Source of the DNA: Felis catus
Taxonomy: Eukaryota
Direction: 5' to 3'
Assembly (NCBI RefSeq): GCF_018350175.1
Contig: NC_058383.1
Coordinates: 11,286,001-11,350,000 of the forward strand
Length of the DNA stretch: 64,000 nucleotides
Of this stretch, positions 1 through 11,740 are shown in pieces. Each line of letters opens with the position of its first letter. The first letter of the stretch is position 1. The notes below the pieces were generated by a model. The model was not told the DNA's origin and ran no database searches. It saw only the letters and a program-made list of their open reading frames with translations. Both the position numbers and the translations under genes were made by a program.

Positions 1-358
1 CGAGGACGCCAGGGCTCTGGGCTGGCAGGGTTCCGGGGCTGAGATCCCTGCCTGCAGAGAAGCAGGCTTGCTCACGCCTGCCCGACCCCCAAGCAGCATC
101 TGGGGAAGACATCCGGCTCCCCGGAAATCCTTTAGCTTCGCCGGGGAGTTCTCCGTGCCCCGACGTGGTCTCCCTTTTTGTCCGGAAAGCGGCTCCGTGG
201 GTGGGAGCCATCCCTTTTGAGCTGTGGCTTGGCCACACTGGGAGAACATTGCCCGGGGTCTGTTTCGTTTCCACCAAAGGGAGGGCCCTGATGGCCGGTC
301 TGGCTTTGGGTGACAGGCACGTCCACGAGTGGGGGACCTGCCTTCTCAGCTGCCTTTT

Positions 359-586
359 TTTTCTTTCAAGTTTATTTACTGTTGGGAGAGAGAGAGAGAG
401 AGAGATTGAGAGAGAGACCATGAATCAGGGAGGGGCAGAGAGAGAGGAGACAGAGAATCCCAAGCAGGTTCCAAGTAGTTGTCAGCACAGAGCCCGATGC
501 GGGGCTTGAACTCACAAACTGCGAGATCGTGACCTGAGCTGAAGTCGAGTGGGACGCTTAATTGACTGAGCCACCCGGGCATCCCC
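359..586 (-). mobile_element. CanSINE (feliform SINEC)
   Basis: Reverse complement of tRNA-derived head, (AG)n tract and poly-T tail; TSD tcagctgc(c)tttt on both sides. Confidence 0.93.
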
Positions 587-889
587 TCAGCTGCTTTTGG
601 GGTGGGGATGGCCTTGTGCGCAGGCTTGCTCAGCACAGTCCCTGTTTCTGGTTTTTGTCCCCGTGTGGGTGATAACCTGATTTGCTTCTCTCCTCTTATA
701 GAACATTTGACTTTCTTTCTGAGGTCACAACCTTTCCTTTATCCCTGGGGGCGGGTTTGGAAATGCCTTCCCTTAGCCTAGAGATGGACCGGAGAAAAAT
801 GAGCTAAACGTGTTCGGCTAGAAAAGGAAGCACCTGGTCCCTCTCCTTTCTTTTCGAGATAGGAAAATAACGATTCTAATAAAAATAGT

Positions 890-1420
890 GGACAGTGTTG
901 ATGGGCACCTCGTGGCCAGGCCCTGTTCTGGACACTGGGGAGCGGGTTCCTCTCGGTCGGGGTCTCAGAGTGGAGTGGGAAACACTGAGAAAAAAGCAGT
1001 GAGGTAGAGAGGCAGGTTGGAGGGGCTGCTGTGGGCACCGAGGCTGGGTGTCTCACTGACCTCAGGAGGGGAGCCCATGGTCCTGCAGGGACCCAGAGGA
1101 ACCAGTGGCTGACAAACAACCTGCTGAAAGATGCTTTCTCTCAGAGCCCAGTGCAAAGTGCTCCCGGAGCTCATGGGGGAAGAGCAATGAACTCACACTG
1201 GGGGTTGGGGGCTTTCTAGAGGAGGGGAGAGGGCATTCCCTGCAGAGGGCGCAGCCTGTGCAAAGGCCCGGTGGTGAGGGCAACGGCTCAGGGTGGTGGG
1301 GCAGCGGGGAGAGGGGATGGGGTGAGAAGCTCAGGACGGGTAACCAGGGTGTGGGGCTGGAGTGTCTTGTGCCCCATGGTGACAGGGTAGCCCCCGTCGG
1401 GAGTGGAGAGGGGTGTGGTG
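890..1420 (-). mobile_element. L2 LINE relic
   Basis: L2-like motifs ggctttctagaggagg...gggcattccctgcagagggcgcagcctgtgcaaaggccc; boundaries approximate. Confidence 0.5.
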
Positions 1421-1814
1421 CCGTGAGCTGAGGCCCTGGATGGTGTCCCCGGAGGGTGGACTGAGTTCACGAGGCGTGGGTCCCACCGGGGCAGGCATGG
1501 CGCGGAGGGCTGGCCGAGACTTGGCCGAGTCAGTGCACGGGGGTGTCTCCCACACAGGGCTCGTTTTCTTCATTTAGCGAACATTCGGGAACAGGTGCGT
1601 GTGCCAGACCCGTGGTCCCAGGGGTCTGGGATGAGGGCAGGCTGAGTGTGGGCCCATCTCAGCCCTGCGAGGATCTGCCCCAGAGGCAGCGGAGGTGACT
1701 CGGGGAGGGTGCTGAGCTGGGAGTCAGATGACGGGGTTTGGGGGTTGGACTTAACCGTTTCCTGTCACTCTGTTGGGCTCAGTGTGTCAGGCCTCTTTGG
1801 GCCCTGGTTTCTTA

Positions 1815-2018
1815 TTTATGTATTTACTTACTTACTTAGAGAGAGTGCAAGCAGGGGAGGGGCAGTGAGAGAGAGAAAGGGAGAGAGAAAGAGAGGATCC
1901 CAAGCAGGCTCCCGTGCGGTCAGTGCACAGAGCCCGAGGGGGGGCTCGAACTCACGAAACCATGAAATGACCTGAGCCGAAATCAGACGCTTAACTGACT
2001 GAACCACCCAGGCGCTCC
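1815..2018 (-). mobile_element. CanSINE
   Basis: SINEC body in reverse; TSD gggccctggtttctta / gggctctggtttctta. Confidence 0.92.
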
Positions 2019-2249
2019 GGGGCTCTGGTTTCTTAGAGTTTGTGAGCTATTTTTCCTAACGGTCTTTTCCCCAAGACCAAGAGGCTGGGATAGTGCTAGA
2101 ACTACAGGCTTTTCTGTGGGACGGGAGCAAGACAGAGAAACAATTTCTCAGAAGGGGGGACATAAAGGCAACAGAGGGCAGACTTCGTGAGTGTCACAGC
2201 CGTGCTGGCCCCGTGGGGTGGAGTAGGGTCAGGGGGCAGCAGAGCTGGA

Positions 2250-2330
2250 AGGGAACCTGTCCAACCCTCCCATTTTACAGATGGGAAACCAAGGGCCCGA
2301 GATGGGAGCAGATCACCCAGCCCAGGGCTC
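2250..2330 (-). mobile_element. MIR fragment
   Basis: cccattttacagatgggaaaccaagggcccgaga MIR core. Confidence 0.55.
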
Positions 2331-2994
2331 TTCTCCGGAGAGGGTGCCTCTTCTCTGCTCTTATGTGGGTGTCAGGCTCGATTAGCCTGGGAAGGAAAAG
2401 AGTGAGGAGGGCACCTGGGGTCTCTCAGCCTGAAAGAAAATTCCAGAAGTCCTCAGAGGTATGGGGATCCTGGGTTCTGGGGAGGCGCCAGACTGACCTG
2501 CCTGCCTCCAGCTGGCAGACGGTGGACAGTGGGCCTCTGTGACCCAGTATCCTCATCTGTAACAGGGGCCAGTTGTCTGGAGAATAGCAGAGACACCCCC
2601 CCCCCCGCCCCCCAGATCTGATTCAGTCTCTGCTCCAGCCCCAGTCCACACCCGAGTAAAAGAAGCCCACCTTCCTGCTGACTTGTCTGCTACTCACATC
2701 TGCACACCAGCCGGCAGGGATTTGAGCATATCTGGAATGTTCTGCCCAGCATCGTGTATTTTCTGACGGATTTCCAGCTAAGAATTCCATGTACCAGTGA
2801 GAGCAGTTTCTGGTACCGCGTAGACATGACCCGTGTGTGTTTTCTCCCCACGTGTGTTCCAGGACTCAATCTGATTTCCATACGGCCTGAGCTCCCCGTG
2901 CGAGTTTTGGCAGACCAGTTAGAAGCTTGTACGCGCCCGAGTCTTTGTGGCCCGATGGTTCAGCTCCAGGGAGGGAGTCAAAGGGGGGACGCGT

Positions 2995-3085
2995 ATGTGG
3001 GTGGTGTGTGTGCAAGTGTGTGTGTAAGTGTGTGCGTTCACGTGTGCTGTCTGCGTGTGTCCGCGTGTGTGAGTGTGGATGCATG
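2995..3085. repeat. Degenerate (TG)n tract
   Basis: Interrupted gtgtgt runs. Confidence 0.75.
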
Positions 3086-3664
3086 CAAGATGGGGGGGGG
3101 TGGGCCTCCTGGGAGGGTGTGGGGAGCCCGGGGCACCCACAAACGCAGTCCCCACGCAGGTTCGATTACTTGCCATACGGACGGACCTTCAGTCCGCGTG
3201 GAAGGGAAGCTGGCGCTGTGGGAAAAATGGAGGTTGGCCCTTGAAATCAGACACGTGAAGGCACTTGACGCTTTCGTAGGGGCTTAGGAGCTTTTCTGTG
3301 TCTGGGGCGAGTGGCCCGTGATCACCTTGCTTCCAGTGGGAAGTACGGGAGGCCTGGGCCCCGGCTCCTGCTCAGTGGTCCCCATCCATGTCCGGCACCT
3401 GCTCTGACAGCTCCGAGGCCCTGGCGGGTGCAGTGTATGGAGATGGGAGGCCACGCACGCACAGGGTGCTGTACCTCAGAGGGCCCGGCGTCGGTGAGAC
3501 TGGGCAGGGCCCTCGCGTGCAACTCAGATCATGCAAACAGGACGGTGTGGAGGACGGGACACAGCCAGATTCGTTTTCTGCAGACCTGATCTGCAGTGTG
3601 CTAATGTTCTCACCCGGGGGGCCATGGGTGGCCGATCAAGGTTAAACTCTGTGGTCTTGCTGTT

Positions 3665-3830
3665 CTACAGTTTCTCCATCTACAAAAAATGGATTTGATC
3701 GTAGGTCTTCTGTTAGGTTTGCCGTAACGGGCTCTGGCTTGGGAAGATTAGGCAAGTGATCGCAGGAGAACGGGCTTAGTGTTGTGTCAGTCTCGCAGCA
3801 GACGGCTGGTGAATGCTGGCTATTACTATG
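3665..3830 (+). mobile_element. MIR fragment
   Basis: cagtttctccatctacaaaaaatgg core and gaatgctggctattactat 3' end. Confidence 0.55.
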
Positions 3831-4080
3831 AGCTCTCCTTGTTTACTGGTTTGCTTGTTCCCCGTCTCCTTCCCCAAGTAGCTCAGGCAGCTCACAAGGT
3901 AGAAACCACCCACCAAAATAAAGAATAAGAGAGGGGTGAATCAGGCAAAAGGCAAACTAAAAATAGAAGAGAAGGATGGGGGCAGCATGCAGGGATCCGG
4001 GCTGTGAAGTCCCATAGCTTTACCGGGGGAGGGGGCAGGGAGAAGGGGTTGCACGTCGGATCTGGATGTCACAGAGGCCA

Positions 4081-4270
4081 GGGGCGCCTGCGCGGCTCAG
4101 TCGGTTAAGCGTCTGACTCTTGGTTTTCGGCCCAGGTCATGATCTCACGGTTTGTGCGTTTGAGCTCCAGGCTGCTTGAGATTCTCTCTCTCCCTCTCTC
4201 TGCCCCTCCCCTGCTCATGCTCTCTTGTTCTCTCTCTCTCTCTCTCTCTCAAAATAAATAAATTAAAAAA
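4081..4270 (+). mobile_element. CanSINE
   Basis: ggggcgcctgcgcggctcagtcggttaagcg head, (CT)n, aaataaataaa tail; internal deletion. Confidence 0.93.
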
Positions 4271-4904
4271 CCCATTTATGAATGTCGCAGAGAACAAAGC
4301 AAGAAGGAAACATCACCGCGACGTGTGGCTGGTGATTGGCTGGACTTGAGAGCCCGTGTAAGGACGCTTGGCAGAGGCAGGGTGAGAGCCGGGCCCCTGG
4401 ACTCTCCGTTTCGAGACTGAGTCCTTTCCACTAGTCTCTGTGACCTCCCCGCGGGTCAGCTGCACAGGCCGAGCTGGGGCCATCACAGGGTGGGGTATTG
4501 AGCCGGAAGTGTTGGAGGCCCAGCCCCAGGGGACCAAGGAGGCCGGCCGGGGGAGTCCTCAAATGGTTCCAGCCTGGCACTTTGTCACCCTGAGATGTAG
4601 CAAACCCAGTGTGTGTTCCCCACTGATTCTACTTCTTAGGACTCAGTTTGTTCCCAAATGTTGCTCTCTGGTCTTGGGCCTTTGGAACACCAAGCCTTTG
4701 GGATGATTCCCTCTGAGGCCCCAGTCGGGCCAGCTCTAGGGAGGGAGTAGAAGATTTCCTCCTTACCCACTTGCGGGGAAGGTGCTGTCATCTGGGGACA
4801 TCCCCCACCCCAGGCCCTTGAATTTTCACTGAATTTTCATCACTGCTGTTGTCACCACTGTCTCTGTCTTCACTGAGCACCTGCCGATGGGCGTTTGCAG
4901 ACAT

Positions 4905-5370
4905 GACTCAACCATCGCACAGGGATCGGTAGGGTGCCCGCTGTGTGCCTGGCACTGTTCGAAGGGCTAGAGATACAGCAAGGGACGGGGCAGTCAAAGG
5001 CCTTGTGGTAAAAAGTTCACCTTCTCAGCGGGTGACAGATAGCAGAGGGATGAACAGATGTATGGTGTCCTCTCAGGTGGAGAGTTAGTCTTAGCAAGGA
5101 AAAGGAAGCAGAGGGGCTTGGAGCGTGACGGATGCTTGAGGTGCTACTCCAGGCAAGGTGTTCCCAGCAGTGAAGGAGGAAGGGGCAGGTGGGAACATGC
5201 TGGGTCTGTCTGGGGAACGATGATGGAGTCGGTCTCAGAGTCAGGGGGTAGTGCTTGTTCTCCCGTACAGGTGAGGGAGCGGAGAGATTAAGTCACTGGC
5301 CCCCAGGAAGCAGCAGGCTGGATCCAACCCCCAAGTGTAAAAGGCGGGGGTGATGGTTAAAGAGTGGCAT
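4905..5370 (-). mobile_element. L2 3' fragment
   Basis: gtgcccgctgtgtgcctggcactgttcgaagggctagagatacagca is typical of the reverse-complement L2 3' end. Confidence 0.6.
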
Positions 5371-5385
5371 AAGGAGAGAGGTGGT

Positions 5386-5388
<3 letters not shown>

Positions 5389-5432
<44 letters not shown>
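5389..5432. repeat. (CA)n microsatellite
   Basis: Perfect CA run, ~22 units. Confidence 0.97.
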
Positions 5433-5435
<3 letters not shown>

Positions 5436-5578
5436 TTGAGGGAGAGAGACAGAGATGGCGGGAGGCAGAGAGATGAGCAGGGGTTGGAACGGGAGCTGGA
5501 AGGGGTTGGGGGGAATGTGAAAAAGGGGGCTCGGAAGGGGGTGGCCCATGCTGGTCAGGGGGCAACCTCCATCCCAGG

Positions 5579-6013
5579 TGTGAAGGTTAATTTTATGCGT
5601 GGACTTGGCTGGGCAAAGGCATGCCCACGTAGCTGGTAAAACCTTATTTCTGGGCGCATCTGTGAAGGCGTTTCCAGAGGAGATTAGCATTTGACTTGGT
5701 AGACTGAGCGAAGAAGCTGGTGCCCAGGGCAGGCGGGCATCTCCACTCTGTGGAAGACCCAAATAGAACAAAGAGGAGGAGGAAGGGTGGCTTTGCTCTT
5801 TGCTTCCTGCCCTTGGACATCGGCGCTCCTGGCTCTCACGCCTATGAGTTTGGGCCGCAGCCTAATCACTGGCCGTCCGGGGCCTCTGGCTTGCAGGTGG
5901 CAGATCGCGGGACCGCTCAGCCTCTGTGAGTGCGTGAGTCGGTCCCTCGCAATGAGCCCTTTTCTACGTATCTATAGATCCTCTTGATTCTGCTTCTCTG
6001 AAGAACCCACACT
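5579..6013 (+). mobile_element. MLT2-type (ERVL) solo LTR
   Basis: Starts tgtgaaggttaattttatg..., contains gtttccagaggagattagcatttga, ends gattctgcttctctgaagaaccc. Confidence 0.8.
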
Positions 6014-6189
6014 GTGGCAGCAGGGCCCCAGTTGGCACCCACTTGGCAGCTCACAGGGAGTGGAGATGGCCACACGGAGGCCAACCTTGAGTGGGCACCT
6101 GGAGTGGAGATGCCTGGTCTGCCTCGTAAGCGGTGGTGGAGTGAAGGGCCTTCTAAGATTCTGCACCTAATTCCAGTGGGTGGTTCTCC

Positions 6190-6687
6190 CCCCTGCCTCC
6201 CCTCCCTCCCCCAGCAAGCAATTCTCAGAGACCTGCTGGATGTCCTACGATTCGACTCAATTCCAACACCATCTCCCTGCAGATCCCACAGGTTAAGGGC
6301 TCAGTCCTATAAGACTGCCACATTCTCCCCTTGGAGACGCCGGTCACAAGTCCCAGATCTGTCACCCGGGCTTCTGAGCTGTGGCTGTAGGTTGCGGATT
6401 CGAACGAGCCCCTCCTTGGGTTCCATTAACTCTCCAGAGCGGCTCCCAGAGCTCAGAGAAGCATTGTACTTACTATGTTGCCGGTTCATCATAAAAAGAT
6501 GTAACTCGGAAACAGCCAGACGGACGCAGGAAGAGCTCGAAGCTTCCGCGCCCTCTCCGGGCACACCACCCTCTCTGAATCTGTGCTTGCTCACCAGCCT
6601 TGAAGCGCTGAATGTTGTCCTTTGGGGCATTTATGGAGGCTTCACTGCAGAGGATTGATTGAGTTTTTTAAGTCATTGGCCATTAAC
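6190..6687. mobile_element. MER21-like LTR, left part (split by L1)
   Basis: gatgtcctacgattcgactcaattccaacacc...cagatcccacaggttaagggctcagtcc...ttatggaggcttca motifs. Confidence 0.7.
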
Positions 6688-7306
6688 TATTAAAAATAGA
6701 ACTACCCTACGACCCAGCAATAACACTGCTAGGAATTTACCCAAGGGATACAGGAGTGCTGATGCATAGGGGCACTGGTACTCCAATGTTTATAGCAGCA
6801 CTTTCAACAATAGCCAGATGCTGGAAAGAGCCTAAGTGTCCACCCACTGACGAATGGATAAAGAAGATGTGGTTTATATATACAACGGAATACTACTTGG
6901 CAATGAGAACGAACGAAATCTGGCCGTTTGCAGCAACGTGGATGGAACTGGAGGGTGTTATGCTAAGTGAAATGTCAGGCAGAGAAAGATAACGTATGTT
7001 TTCACTCATAGGTAGAACTTGAGAAACTTAACAGAAGGCCATGGGGGAGGGGAAGGGGAAAAATAGGTACAAAGGGAGAGGGAGGGAGGCAAGAGACTGT
7101 TAAATACAGAGAACAAACTGAGGGTTGATGGGGGGTGGGGGAGAGGGGAAAAATGCGTGGCAGGCATTGAGGAGGGCGCCTGTTGGAATGAGCACTGGGT
7201 GTTGTATGTAAGCGATGAACCATGGGAATCGACCCCCAAAACCAACAGCACAGTGCACTCACCGTATGTTAGCCAATTGGACAATAAATTATATTAAAAA
7301 AAAATA
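6688..7306 (+). mobile_element. 5'-truncated carnivore/felid L1 (ORF2 C-terminus + 3'UTR + polyA)
   Basis: ORF 6756-6992 PMFIAALSTIA...KCPPTDEWIKKMWFIY...WMELEGVMLSE matches the L1 ORF2 C-terminus; AATAAA and A tail; TSD attggccattaac at 6675-6687 and 7307-7319. Confidence 0.96.
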
Positions 7307-7580
7307 ATTGGCCATTAACGATTGATTCAACTTCCAGCCCCTCTCCACTGCGGGGTGGTGGGGTGGGGACTGAAATCTCCAACTCTAGTCGCAAGGTCGG
7401 CTCCACTGGCCGCCAGCCCACACCCTTAGGTGTGGTCCCAGAGCCACCTAATTAACACGGCAAAAGATACCTGTATTGCTGTCATCACAGAAAATTGCAA
7501 GGGTTTTAGAAGCTCTGTGCCAGAACTGGGGACGAAACCAAGTACACGAAGATTTCTTATTATAAATCACAAATTCATGG
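7307..7580. mobile_element. MER21-like LTR, right part
   Basis: gattcaacttccagcccctctcc...aagggttttagaagctctgtgccagaa...ttcttattataaatcacaa continues the left part. Confidence 0.7.
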
Positions 7581-8870
7581 CTTCCACTCCCTGTGGAATA
7601 ACAGACATCCTGAGGGACAGCCAGCCTTTCTTGAGCACCCACTGTGCGCCCAGCAGCCTTGGGCTCCCTGCCTGTGTTGCTATTGTGACTCATGCCTGCC
7701 CAAATTCCCGGGGAAGCTCAGCGTTCACCCCACGGGCTAGGAGGGCCTTCCCCTCACCGGCCCAGGGTGTGTGCGTACCTGTCCCAGGAGCTGGAGCCCC
7801 ACACGCTTTCCCAAGTCTGCTCTCCCAGTTGGGGAGGGAGTTGGAAGGGTTGGAAGGCAGGCTGTTCCCTGACTGTAGTGCCTTTCCATCCCCCTCTCTG
7901 ACTCAGGCCACAGGACAGGGGGATCTTGTCCTACTGTTCCCTGGGATCAGGGTTCAGATCTATAACACCTCCCAGGAGACCAGTAGTCCGAAGGTCATCG
8001 GCATGAGACTTCCGGCTCATCGAGTTGTGGCACCTTTAGACACTGATGGATGGGGAGGGGGCCCCTGCTCAGAGACCCAGGCTTCCTGTGTCTTCCACCT
8101 TGCAGCCTCCTTCCTGCCCTAATGACAAGTGTCACTCGATCACACATCTGCCTTACATTCTGAGTGATTGTGGAAAGTCCTATCCTTACCGGCTCCTGGA
8201 GGGCAGAACTCTGCGCAAAGTAAGTACGTTACAAACACTCGCCAGTTACACATCTCCCCCCCCCCCCCCCCGCCCCGCCCCTTCCCAATGATAAAAGGTT
8301 GGGAGTCTCCACTGTGTTTCGGGCAGAGCACCGACGAAGCGCCTTGCAAATACTCTGTGCTTGTAAGACGCCGTGGTACTGTTGGGGGTGTGCTCAGGGC
8401 AGTCTTGCTGGATATGGATGGGCAGATGTCAGTGTCACGGCACCGTCCCCTACACACCAGCTTGTCAGGTCCCGTTAGAGGTCTTGGATGGCCAGAGGCG
8501 GTGGCAGGGGCGGGGACCTTGACTGACAGCATCTTCTCCCTGGTCCTCGCCCCGTGTCACAGGCACATCGTGTTGGCTGACTTCCAAGGGCACGGACAGA
8601 GAAGTGGGTTTTCCCATATCAGGCATACATTTAATGCTCTGATCTGATCAAAGAGATTCCAGTGGCTCTTCTGATGCCGGCAGGCCAGGTCTGGGCACCC
8701 AGAGAGGCTCCCCCAGGACCAGCCAAAAGGCTGGAAATCAAACGGGAGCCCGCAGGAGGTGAAAGCAGGGATTATGGAAGGTGTAGAGGGAGCACATGTG
8801 GACTGAGCGTCCAGCAGACTTGGAAAGGGGAAGAAGCATGAGTCTCGTCCTTGCCTGGGGTCGGGTTTTT

Positions 8871-9096
8871 TTTTTTTTAATTTGTTTTTTTTTAACGTTT
8901 ATTTATTTTTGAGACAGAGAGAGACAGAGCATGAATGGGGGAGGGTCAGAGAGAGAGGGAGACACAGAATCGGAAGCAGGCTCCAGGCTCTGAGCCGTCA
9001 GCCCAGAGCCTGACGCGGGGCTCGAACTCACAGACCGTGAGATGGTGACCTGAGCCAAAGTCGGACGCTTAACTGACTGAGCCACCCAGGCGCCCC
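8871..9096 (-). mobile_element. CanSINE (young SINEC_Fc-like)
   Basis: Near-consensus full-length copy; perfect 15-bp TSD tggggtcgggttttt (8856-8870, 9097-9111). Confidence 0.97.
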
Positions 9097-9355
9097 TGGG
9101 GTCGGGTTTTTACTGGCAATTGTGGTCTGATGCACGCGCTCCCTCAGGCATCCAGGAACCAGTCAGAACCAGGATGGGGTCCAGGTGCCCTCCACAAGCC
9201 ACTCATTCCCTGAAGCCTGGGGTCCTGGCTGGGGCGGTCTGGCATAGGCACACGGTGGCTCTGGTTCTCCGCTACCCTGCTGTGCGCCTGTGGGCAAGTC
9301 ACTTCCGGCTGGCTGTGGGTCTCATACCTGTGGCAAGTGCCGGTTAGATCGGGTG

Positions 9356-9420
9356 ACCCGCGAGATCGTGACCTGAGCCGAAGTCAGACGCTTAACCCAC
9401 TGAGCCACCCCGGTGGGCCC
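9356..9420 (-). mobile_element. CanSINE head-only fragment
   Basis: cgcgagatcgtgacctgagccgaagtcagacgcttaacccactgagccaccc = first ~65 nt of SINEC; body and tail absent. Confidence 0.85.
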
Positions 9421-9883
9421 CAGACATTTCGTTTAAATAGGAGCCTACAGTACGTGGCACATAGCTTTTGCCTCCAAGGTTCATCCGTGTCATGTGGGGG
9501 TCCCTCAGAAGGGATGGGTACTACCAGTGCTCACCCTTATGTCATCTGAGGGTCCTGACCCCAGGCTCAAACTGGGGGGCAGCTACTGGGGGAAGGGGTC
9601 CTGCTGCCTCCCTGGGCTTCCCACGACCAGACCCCAGCAGAAGACTTCAGGACTGTCCCGTCTGTGCAGCAGAACGCCAACCCTGAAATTCACCCCGGAG
9701 TGCCTGGAGCTAGGGCCGCCGGAGTCGGACTCCCCAAACTCGCCATCCCCAGATGCACCTGCTCCTCCCGGCCTCCGTGCCTCCGCTTTGCTGTCTCCTC
9801 TGCCTGGGGTGCTTCTGTTGTCACTGCCGGGGAGACCAGCTCTGAACTGGTGGTTTTCTTTCTGTTTTTAAATTAAAAAAATC

Positions 9884-10078
9884 TTTTTTTAATGTTTTAT
9901 TTCTTTTTGCCAGAGAGAGAGCACAAGCAGGGGAGGGGCAGAGAGAGGGAGACACAGAATCCGAAGCAGGCTCCAGGCTCCGAGCTGTCAGCACAGAGCC
10001 TGACGCGGGGCTTGAACCCACGAACCGTGAGATCGTGACCTGAGCCAAAGTCAGACGCTCAACCGACTGAGCCATCCA
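9884..10078 (-). mobile_element. CanSINE
   Basis: SINEC body in reverse; first few 5' bases missing. Confidence 0.93.
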
Positions 10079-10084
10079 GTTTTA

Positions 10085-10612
10085 TTTTGTTTTGCTAAGA
10101 ACACTTGACATGAGATCTAGCCTCAGCAGGTTTTAAGTGTCCAATACTGTCTCGTACGTACAGCCCGATGTGGTCTGGCAGATCCCTAGAGCTCCCTGTG
10201 CCCCAGTCCCCCCAAGACCATGGCAACCACCAGGCCCCTCTGATTATCTTAGATGCCTCACATGAGTGCAGTCACGCGGTATTCGTCCTTCTGTGAGTGC
10301 TGAATGTCCTCCGGGTCCATCCATGTGGTCACGCACTGCAGGTCTCTGTTCTGTGTCCAGGCTGCACGATATTCCGTTGTTCGTATATCCCGCTCTTTAA
10401 AATTCATTCATCTGCCGGACTCTTAGGTCGTTCCCACGTCTTGACCATTGTGAACTATGCTGAAATGAACATGGGCACGCAGACAGCTCTTTGAGATTCT
10501 GATTTCAGTTCTTTTGGATCAATTCCCCATAAATGGGATTTCTGGATCATTGGATTGTCCTATTTTTAATTTTTTTGAGGACCCTCCGTACTGTTTTCCA
10601 TACTGATTGCTT
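10085..10612 (-). mobile_element. Old L1M (L1MA/MB-type) 3' fragment
   Basis: gtccatccatgtgg...attgtgaactatgctgaaatgaacatggg...ctatttttaattttttgaggaccctccgtactgttttccata. Confidence 0.8.
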
Positions 10613-10619
10613 TTCCCAT

Positions 10620-10715
10620 TCCCTTTCCTCTCCTCCTCCCCTTCCTCCTCCTCCTCCCCCTCCTCCTCCCCCCTCCTTCTCCTCCTCTTCTCCTTCTTCT
10701 CTTTCTCCTCCTCCT
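10620..10715. repeat. CT-rich low-complexity tract
   Basis: (CCT)/(CTT) degenerate run. Confidence 0.85.
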
Positions 10716-10789
10716 TAACTGTTGTATTCAAACTGTGCTACTTTTAGGAAGGACAACGTTTAGCCATTCTGGGATCTCCTCTCCAGCAT

Positions 10790-11347
10790 CCCTCTCCTGG
10801 TCCTGGCTGTAGTGAACATTCAGTGTGCCCCAATTTCTGTTTGGGGATGCATGTGATTTTGAGGAAACTGGCTTCACTCCCAGGTGCCGGTGGGGGGAAC
10901 CCATGACCTGAGCCAAGCCAGTCCAAGCCAATCCGGCCAATCCCATCTTTCTGACCACTGCAATTGACTCTGGGTGTCTTGGCATAGGACTTAAGCTGGA
11001 CAAATCAGAAGGAATCTTGGGATTCTCTCTGGGAATGTCGAGACAAAGACGCTCTCTTACTTTGGTGTGGTGTACAGATGTGAGGTCTGGGACTGTTGCA
11101 GCTACTTTGCACCCATGAGGGAAGCTAACCTGAAGACAAAGCTGACACTCAGAGGAAAACGACACCAAGAGAAGCATAGAGAAAGATCTGCTAATAGTTA
11201 ATAGTTAAGCCATGATTAACTATTTCTAAAGCCCATCTTAACTTTGGAAATTTAAGCTATTGCAATCACTTCTCCTTCTTGTTTAAGGACACTGGGGGCA
11301 GGTTTTTTTTTTTTTTTCCCTTGGAAGCAATAGCATTCAAACTGATC
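10790..11347 (+). mobile_element. Old MaLR LTR (MLT1J/K/L-like)
   Basis: catgacctgagccaagcca...gatgtgaggtctgggactgttgcagc...gtttaagg...gcaatagcattcaaactgat. Confidence 0.55.
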
Positions 11348-11504
11348 CACTCTCCAAGCAATGGTTATTTCTTCTGTTCTAAGAATAAAAATGCAGACAG
11401 TCCAGCTTTGTTTTACTTTTCAAAGAGTGTAAATATTTGCAAAGTCTATGGAGTGAGGAGTGGCATTTAATGTCTTGACAGTATATGGTGCTATCTCATC
11501 AGTG

Positions 11505-11740
11505 ATGCTATCCATCCATCCGTCCGTCTGTCCATTCATCCATCCATCTCTCTGCCTCCACTATTTATTACATATTTACTCTGTTAGATTTTGAGAACAT
11601 GTTTTAAATGCAACATAACGCCTGTTCCAGAGGAACCTACAGTTTTGTGGAAAAGACCAGCTCACAAAGAGATAATCGTAATACAACATTGTGAATGCAA
11701 TGGTAGAGAAATGACGATAGGAACAGAGGGGAGAGGCAAG
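11505..11740 (-). mobile_element. L2 3' fragment
   Basis: (catc/catt)n tail followed by an L2-like body (gaacctacagttttgtgg...ataatcgtaatacaacattgtga). Confidence 0.5.

Noticed and set aside
680..730. Strong + strand splice-acceptor-like tract ending ttatAG at 700
   Set aside because: No convincing donor or coding frame downstream.
4081..4160. tRNA-like A/B-box sequences
   Set aside because: These are the tRNA-derived heads of CanSINEs, not tRNA genes.
6756..6992. Protein-like ORF, also those at 52874-54098
   Set aside because: L1 ORF2 C-terminal remnants in truncated elements, not host genes.
6014..8122. 214-aa and 230-aa ORFs
   Set aside because: Overlap MER21-like LTR sequence, non-ATG starts, no homology recognisable.
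8903..9085. Recurring MAQSVKRPT... peptides (many copies in the ORF track)
   Set aside because: Frames through CanSINEs, not a gene family.
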